Assembly (NCBI GenBank): GCA_016840425.1
Contig: JAEOSI010000127.1
Span: 1-6,638, forward strand
DNA length: 6,638 nt
DNA from: Candidatus Wukongarchaeum yapensis
GTDB lineage: Archaea; Asgardarchaeota; Wukongarchaeia; Wukongarchaeales; Wukongarchaeaceae
Reading direction: 5' to 3'
Of this stretch, positions 1-4,763 are shown in pieces. The notes beneath the pieces were generated by a model. It ran no database searches. It saw nothing but the letters and a program-made list of their open reading frames with translations, and was not told where the DNA came from. A program made the translations under genes and the position numbers. Each line of letters begins with the position of its first letter. Within the stretch, counting starts at the first letter, position 1.

Positions 1-1
1 T

Positions 2-397
2 GCGTCCGTGGTTGCTGTGCAGTTTCTCTTTCAAGGAACCGACTTGACTTTGGCGAGTTTAGGCACGTGGGCTCCCTGGATCGCACTGGCTGTGCTGTCT
101 AGTGCACCGAAGGAGGAACTGCAGTTTAGGGGTTTATTCCTAAAAAGATATGAGAAGCTTATGGGCCTAGACCTAGCGAACCTTCTTCAAGCGTTGATAT
201 TCATTTCAACGGGTTTCAGAGAGGAATACTTGGCTTTCATACCTTCAAACTTTCTGCCGCCGTTTCTCCTCATGATCTTCATATTGGGCTTAGCTTTAGG
301 CGCCTTAATGCAGAAAACCGACAGTCTCCTCGGCTCGGTGCTTATCCGCGCGGGGGCAAGCATACCTGTGGTAATAGGCATATTCGCCAGCCTGTAA
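2..397 (+). CDS. CPBP (CAAX prenyl protease 2/Abi) family intramembrane protein, C-terminal part; frame open to the left window edge
   Basis: Hydrophobic multi-TM translation with EELQFRG (CPBP motif 1, EExxxR) and a C-terminal KTDSLLGSVLIRAGASIP segment at the motif-4 position. No stop between nt 2 and TAA 395-397. The GTG at 8 is probably internal. Confidence 0.8.
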   Translation, partial: ASVVAVQFLFQGTDLTLASLGTWAPWIALAVLSSAPKEELQFRGLFLKRYEKLMGLDLANLLQALIFISTGFREEYLAFIPSNFLPPFLLMIFILGLALGALMQKTDSLLGSVLIRAGASIPVVIGIFASL

Positions 398-401
398 AAT
401 T

Positions 402-439
402 CTTGTAGAAATAAATACAACTAACATCTTCTAATTATT
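402..439 (+). repeat. 38-bp direct repeat, left copy (CTTGTAGAAATAAATACAACTAACATCTTCTAATTATT)
   Basis: 37/38 identical to 3202-3239; the only mismatch is A424 vs G3224. Starts 4 nt after the CPBP stop and ends 12 nt from the R-M stop codon. Confidence 0.97.
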
Positions 440-451
440 TGCATTGGCGAA

Positions 452-3136
452 CTAGTCAGAACTTTTTTCCATCATTCCTCTATATCTAGAATCTTTAGGA
501 AAACCGTATAATTTGAAAACTAAATCATTGATTTCATCATCAGTTCTTTGAATTTGCTTCTTAATTTTTTCTCTTTCTTCATGCATATCATAATATTTTT
601 GCTCAAGTTTAGTTGTTTTTTCCATCCTCTTGTTTAGTTCATTCAATTTTTTGTTTAAATCAAGAATTTTATCGACTTTTGAAATTACTAGTTTTTGATC
701 TTCTGATTTCACTTGTTTAATAGGGAATTTCTTCACATAACTCAAGTTAATTCGTGGATAAATATTTTCACCCATCAATTTTTTATAATAATACATCATC
801 AATTTAGAATTAATCAAGCCAAGCAAATATCTTAGATCATATTTGCTATCTTTCATGGGACATAAACATAAAACACTTTTAAGACCGTAGTATTGTTCCG
901 TATCTAATGTAGCAATTATATTCCTTCCTATATACCTCATAATTATTTTCTCTTTCGCCAAAAAGAAGCGTTCTTCTCTAGCTCTTTCAAGTAATTTTTT
1001 ATCGTATAAGACATACTTTTTATCAAAATTAAAACCATAGCGATAAATGTCTCTACCATCTAAAACTTTTTTATATTTTTTGTTTGTGCGTTTATCTAAT
1101 AAGTACTCTTTATGTTTTTTCATATCTGATTTAGTAGACCATATCTGTATTCCACACGATGGTTCAACTATGTCCTCCAAAGGTACGGTATTATCTAAAA
1201 TTTTGTCAAGTAATTTAGCTTCTGCCTTTGTTTTTTCTGTAAATATAAACCTCTTTTTGGGAGTATTATAGAATTCGCTTTGAGTAACATAATATTCTCC
1301 CATAACTTTACCATCTTCATCAATACCTTTTCCTATTGTAACAGTATTGTTGTTTCTTTTCTTAGAGTCGGTTTCTTTTTTTAAGATAATTATCGCTGTG
1401 TCTACTGTTGCTTCATCGAATACTCCAGTTCCCAACCATACAATTTCTTTAATTAAACATGTATCCAAGACATACTTTCTTATATTTTCAAGATAGTCAT
1501 TAGAGAGAAATGTATTAGATACTATAAATCCCAACATCCCACTATTGTTAAGGAAAGTTATTCCTCTTTCAATAAATAGTGAAAACAAATCAAATCGGCC
1601 TTTAGCAGTTTTTAAAAACTTTTTATAAACTTTTATTTTGTCTTTCCTGATATTCCTAATCTGAACATAAGGCGGATTGCTAACAACAACATCAAATTTT
1701 TTGGGAAAATCTTCTTCTATTATTATTTTTTCTTTTATGTTATTAATGTTCTTTCTTTCAATTTCCGCCCATCTTATTAAGCTTGAGATTAGACTATCTC
1801 CTTCTACAACATTTATAAAATTAGTCTTATATTCAATTCCTCTTAACGCTAAGTTCATTCCAGACAATTGAACAGCAAATGGATTTATATCAATTCCATA
1901 AATATTGTTCTTCAAAATCTGCTCATGAATTACATCTACTGCCCAATCCTCTTTTTTGTATTGCTTTTTTAATCTATCATAAACCCTTATTAGAAATCCT
2001 CCAGAACCACAAGCAGGGTCTAAAATTTTTTTATCTGTTGTAATCTTTAATTGGTCTAAAATATGATTAATAACCCATTCAGGAGTATAGAATTGCCCCA
2101 ACTCCTTTCTTTCCTTTTCGTCAATGTGCAATTCATAGACTTTGCCTAGAATATCACTGTCTATATTTTTGAAATTATATTCTGATAATTGAATAATGAT
2201 TTTTTCTATGTTGCTTTCTTCAAATTCTATTTTATCAAAAAATTTTTGTTCGAAAATTGCTCTATAATCGACTTTCAAAATTTCTCTAAAACCAGACTCT
2301 ACTAATTCTCTTAGACTAAAAGACCTCTGCAAAACATTTATGACTCCCCTAGTTAATTTCGGTTTTACTATTCCCCTATCTTCCGCAATCCTATAAAAAT
2401 AAAGTTTGTTAACAAATGAGTACGCGACCTCTTTACTAAGTTTGTCTATCCATTCTTTTTCATTGTTAATATCCAAACCCGTATTTTTGATCCATTCTTC
2501 AAGGTCTTTCTTAAATTTTATATCTTCCTTATACTTTATCTTAATTTTGGGTTTGCAATCAGTAACCAACAATCTTTTTGCTTTCTTCAGATTGTCTATC
2601 AAAGTGGCAGCAGTAACACTTTCTCTAATAATTTTTTCTTTTTCTTCAGTTAATTTATCTAATTTTTTTGTAGTTAGACTTTCTTTTGAAATCCAGTTAT
2701 ATAACTCACTGAATTGTGTTTCTAACTTCCTTAATTCCACTTTTAGTAACAATCTATCCTTCGGATTAATTACGTTTTCAATAAAGGTTTTATACAATCG
2801 TATTTCTTTACCATTAGTCAATACAAAATAACCCACTTGTTTAGCAGAGGCATAGCCGTATGCCTGCTCTACAAAATCATCTAAATTCATTTCCAAGCTT
2901 TTGGCTTCGACAATAACTTTTGGTTTTCCATTAACAAGTAAGGCATAATCCGCAAACCCTTTCGCTTTAAACTCTAAATCAACATCTCTAGCACTTGTAT
3001 ATCCTAATTCCTCAAGGATGGGTTCAACAATAAATTTCTTTACATTCGCCTCAATTCCAGTTCTTCGAGTCTTTCTTAAGTCATCGAAATCAATATTCTG
3101 AAGTTCTAAGATTTTCCTCCTGTCCATAATCTTCAA
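452..3136 (-). CDS. Type IIG/IIL (Eco57I-like) fused restriction endonuclease / N6-adenine methyltransferase / target-recognition protein, about 891-894 aa
   Basis: N-terminal HsdR_N-like PD-(D/E)xK nuclease (EANVKKFIVEPILEELGY...ADY...VEAK...YFVLTNG); motif X GQFYTP; motif I ILDPACGSGGFL; motif IV NPPY (gamma-class order); TaqI-C-like TRD (EKIIMRYIG...YLLGLINSKL); helical C-terminus ending INDLVFKLYG. Start is TTG 3136 or ATG 3127. Confidence 0.9.
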   Translation of the reverse strand: MKIMDRRKILELQNIDFDDLRKTRRTGIEANVKKFIVEPILEELGYTSARDVDLEFKAKGFADYALLVNGKPKVIVEAKSLEMNLDDFVEQAYGYASAKQVGYFVLTNGKEIRLYKTFIENVINPKDRLLLKVELRKLETQFSELYNWISKESLTTKKLDKLTEEKEKIIRESVTAATLIDNLKKAKRLLVTDCKPKIKIKYKEDIKFKKDLEEWIKNTGLDINNEKEWIDKLSKEVAYSFVNKLYFYRIAEDRGIVKPKLTRGVINVLQRSFSLRELVESGFREILKVDYRAIFEQKFFDKIEFEESNIEKIIIQLSEYNFKNIDSDILGKVYELHIDEKERKELGQFYTPEWVINHILDQLKITTDKKILDPACGSGGFLIRVYDRLKKQYKKEDWAVDVIHEQILKNNIYGIDINPFAVQLSGMNLALRGIEYKTNFINVVEGDSLISSLIRWAEIERKNINNIKEKIIIEEDFPKKFDVVVSNPPYVQIRNIRKDKIKVYKKFLKTAKGRFDLFSLFIERGITFLNNSGMLGFIVSNTFLSNDYLENIRKYVLDTCLIKEIVWLGTGVFDEATVDTAIIILKKETDSKKRNNNTVTIGKGIDEDGKVMGEYYVTQSEFYNTPKKRFIFTEKTKAEAKLLDKILDNTVPLEDIVEPSCGIQIWSTKSDMKKHKEYLLDKRTNKKYKKVLDGRDIYRYGFNFDKKYVLYDKKLLERAREERFFLAKEKIIMRYIGRNIIATLDTEQYYGLKSVLCLCPMKDSKYDLRYLLGLINSKLMMYYYKKLMGENIYPRINLSYVKKFPIKQVKSEDQKLVISKVDKILDLNKKLNELNKRMEKTTKLEQKYYDMHEEREKIKKQIQRTDDEINDLVFKLYGFPKDSRYRGMMEKSSD

Positions 3137-3160
3137 CCAAAATAATGATAAGAATTAAAT

Positions 3161-3172
3161 CTTTTAAAAGTT
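3161..3172 (-). promoter_or_regulatory. Putative TATA box of the R-M gene (minus strand AACTTTTAAAAG; 3161-3170 is a perfect palindrome, CTTTTAAAAG)
   Basis: TTTTAAAA lies about 25 nt upstream of the TTG at 3136, matching archaeal TATA-to-TSS spacing for a near-leaderless mRNA. Confidence 0.45.
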
Positions 3173-3201
3173 ACCATGTATCTCATAACCTATAACATCC
3201 A

Positions 3202-3239
3202 CTTGTAGAAATAAATACAACTAGCATCTTCTAATTATT
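3202..3239 (+). repeat. 38-bp direct repeat, right copy (CTTGTAGAAATAAATACAACTAGCATCTTCTAATTATT)
   Basis: 37/38 identical to 402-439, offset exactly 2800 nt. After a 2-nt indel both copies continue with TGCA. Confidence 0.97.
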
Positions 3240-3250
3240 GGTGCAAAAAA

Positions 3251-3321
3251 TTGGGTGTAAACTTAAGTGTTTTACGTCTAAAAGTATAAACTGTGGCTGT
3301 TAAGGACACTTGAAAAGAAAG
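3251..3321 (+). pseudogene. Possible eroded duplicate of the fen 5' end (MGVNLSVLRLKV*TVAVKD..LKRK)
   Basis: 3254-3274 matches fen 3723-3743 at 16/21 nt; GVNL is identical with three synonymous changes. TTG start preceded by GGTG at 3240-3243. Short, so chance cannot be excluded. Confidence 0.35.
3279..3290 (+). promoter_or_regulatory. Candidate BRE/TATA (TAAAAG-TATAAA) for a long-leader csp transcript
   Basis: Purine-rich BRE-like run directly before TATAAA 3285-3290. Predicted TSS near 3312-3315, where the purine tract begins. Confidence 0.4.
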
Positions 3322-3358
3322 AAGGGGAAGAAAAGAAGAAAGAGAGAAAAGAGAAGAA
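3312..3358 (+). repeat. 47-nt uninterrupted polypurine tract with an internal 16-nt mirror repeat (3318-3333, AAAGAAGGGGAAGAAA)
   Basis: Read directly: only A/G from 3312 to 3358. Confidence 0.9.
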
Positions 3359-3392
3359 TTAAACGGAGAAAGCGCCATTACAAATGAAGGCA

Positions 3393-3399
3393 TATATAA
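3393..3399 (+). promoter_or_regulatory. Alternative TATA box (TATATAA) for a short-leader csp transcript
   Basis: TATATAA 47 nt upstream of ATG 3446; predicted TSS near 3420, upstream of the RBS. Confidence 0.4.
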
Positions 3400-3433
3400 T
3401 CCAAAGAGGAAGTAAAGGTAAAAACGAACAAAA

Positions 3434-3440
3434 GAGGTGA
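3434..3440 (+). promoter_or_regulatory. Ribosome-binding site GAGGTGA for csp
   Basis: Strong archaeal SD 5 nt before ATG 3446; it overlaps the GTG that the ORF track used as start. Confidence 0.8.
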
Positions 3441-3445
3441 AAGGC

Positions 3446-3646
3446 ATGACAAAGGGTACAGTGACGAGATGGCTCGGCACGAGAGGCTACGGCTTCATTA
3501 AATGCGAGGATGGCAAAGAAGTCTTTGTTCATAACTCGGACATCCAGGGCAAAAGCAGCCTCGTAGAAGGAGAAAAAGTAGAGTTCGAAGTGAAAGACAC
3601 AGGTAGAGGACCGAGAGCCGTCAAAGTTAAACCGATTGCTGAATGA
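3446..3646 (+). CDS. csp: Cold-shock domain protein (CspA family), 66 aa
   Basis: MTKGTVTRW...RGYGFI (RNP1)...VFVH (RNP2)...EGEKVEFEV...GRGPRAVKV; typical length; start set by the SD. Confidence 0.93.
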   Translation: MTKGTVTRWLGTRGYGFIKCEDGKEVFVHNSDIQGKSSLVEGEKVEFEVKDTGRGPRAVKVKPIAE

Positions 3647-3702
3647 AATAATCATTCAACATTGATCACACCATTCAAGTTTGGTCGTAAGTAAATAAAA
3701 AA

Positions 3703-3707
3703 GGAGG
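3703..3707 (+). promoter_or_regulatory. GGAGG ribosome-binding site upstream of fen
   Basis: 12 nt before ATT 3720 and 4 nt before an out-of-frame ATG at 3712. Confidence 0.6.
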
Positions 3708-3719
3708 GTTGATGCTACT

Positions 3720-4763
3720 ATTGGTGTCAATCTAAGGGGTTTAATGCCTAAGACCACGGTTACTCTGGACTACCTGAAGGGCAAATCCGTTGCCATCGAT
3801 GCTTACAACGCGTTATATCAGTTTCTCGCCATCATCCGTCAACCGGACGGAACACCTCTAAAGGACCGAACCGGCAGAATAACCAGTCACCTAAGCGGTT
3901 TACTCTACCGAACCTCCAACCTCATGGAACGCGAAATCAAAGTCATCTACGTTTTCGACGGTAAGCCTCCCGCCCTCAAAGAGACTGAAATTAAGCGCCG
4001 AAAACGGGTGAAAGAAGAAGCTCTGGTAAAGTATGAGCAAGCCCTGCAGAAAGGCGACTTGGAGGAAGCGCGCGTTTACGCGCAGGCAACTTCCCGCCTG
4101 AAAGACTACATGGAAGACGACGCCAAAAGGCTTCTGACGCTCATGGGCATCCCGTGGGTGCAAGCCCCCTCGGAAGGCGAAGCCCAAGCCGCTTACATCA
4201 CAAAACGCGGCGACTCCGACTATTGCGCCAGCCAAGACTACGATTCGCTTCTGTTCGGAGCGCCTCAGCTTGCAAGAAACATCGCCATAACGGGACGAAG
4301 GAAAATTCCGAGAAAAAACGTTTACATTCAAGTGGAACCTGAAATCGTGAGTCTGGATAAAGCCTTAAAGGAGTTAGACATAACCCACGAACAGCTCGTG
4401 GACATAGGCATCCTCATTGGAACAGACTTTAACCCAGACGGCGTGAAGGGCATAGGACCAAAAACCGCGCTCAAACTCATAAAACAACACGGAACTCTAG
4501 AAGACGTGCTACCGACCTTAAAGGAAGCTGAATTCCCCGTGGAACCCCAAAAAATTCGCGAAGTCTTTCTAGAACCAAAAGTCACAGACAACTACCAGAT
4601 TCAATGGATGGAACCCAACGTGGAAGAAGCCGTGGAGTTTCTGTGCGAGCAAAGGGACTTCAGCGAAGAACGCGTAAGAAAAGCACTGAAAAAAGTAACT
4701 GAAGGCATGAAGAAAATCAAAAGCAAAACAACGCTGGAAGCGTGGTTCACGAAACCGAGTTAG
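3720..4763 (+). CDS. fen: Flap endonuclease 1 (archaeal FEN-1), 347 aa if initiated at ATT 3720 (339 aa from ATG 3744)
   Basis: In-frame (I)GVNL N-terminus, AIDAYN, VFDGKPP, EGEAQAA, SQDYDSLLFG, GTDFN, GIGPKTA (H2TH) and C-terminal PIP-like TTLEAWF. All catalytic acidic residues present. Confidence 0.96.
   Translation: MGVNLRGLMPKTTVTLDYLKGKSVAIDAYNALYQFLAIIRQPDGTPLKDRTGRITSHLSGLLYRTSNLMEREIKVIYVFDGKPPALKETEIKRRKRVKEEALVKYEQALQKGDLEEARVYAQATSRLKDYMEDDAKRLLTLMGIPWVQAPSEGEAQAAYITKRGDSDYCASQDYDSLLFGAPQLARNIAITGRRKIPRKNVYIQVEPEIVSLDKALKELDITHEQLVDIGILIGTDFNPDGVKGIGPKTALKLIKQHGTLEDVLPTLKEAEFPVEPQKIREVFLEPKVTDNYQIQWMEPNVEEAVEFLCEQRDFSEERVRKALKKVTEGMKKIKSKTTLEAWFTKPS

Larger units (their letters stand above)
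402..3239. mobile_element. Direct-repeat-bounded, single-gene R-M cassette (2800-bp unit plus one extra repeat copy), with no recombinase or transposase inside
   Basis: Repeats at both ends. Hand-counted sample lines give about 23-30% GC inside versus about 50-57% in fen. Content is one CDS plus 65 nt upstream and 12 nt downstream. Confidence 0.75.

Noticed and set aside
187-420. 77-aa minus-strand ORF
   Set aside because: Antisense shadow of the CPBP gene with no recognisable motif.
402-439. Repeat as an integron attC site
   Set aside because: No properly paired RYYYAAC...GTTRRRY ends or long imperfect hairpin, and it is shorter than typical attC sites.
1047-2831. Three plus-strand ORFs (1047-1271, 1677-1871, 2406-2831)
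   Set aside because: Antisense to the R-M gene; the F/L/S/I-rich composition is what the reverse of AT-rich Lys/Glu/Asn codons gives.
440-3201. IS element or transposon
   Set aside because: No transposase-like ORF and no terminal inverted repeats inside the direct repeats.
402-3239. Direct repeats as a CRISPR array (the minus strand has ATTTCTAC, reminiscent of Cas12a repeats)
   Set aside because: Only two copies, 2.8 kb apart; no spacer-sized gaps, no matching GTAGA hairpin arm, no cas genes.
3235-3655. Minus-strand ORFs 3235-3480 and 3359-3655
   Set aside because: Low-complexity F/S/L translation of the purine tract and antisense to csp.
3640-3658. 7-bp hairpin TGAATGA/TCATTCA over the csp stop as a terminator
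   Set aside because: Weak AT-rich stem with no U-tract after it; not distinguishable from chance.
3712-3723. A second intron joining ATG 3712 to GGT 3723 of fen
   Set aside because: Would need an 8-nt intron and no BHB geometry is present.
3900-4591. ORFs 3900-4331 (-), 4154-4342 (+) and 4328-4591 (-)
   Set aside because: Fully overlap the well-supported fen gene; no motifs.
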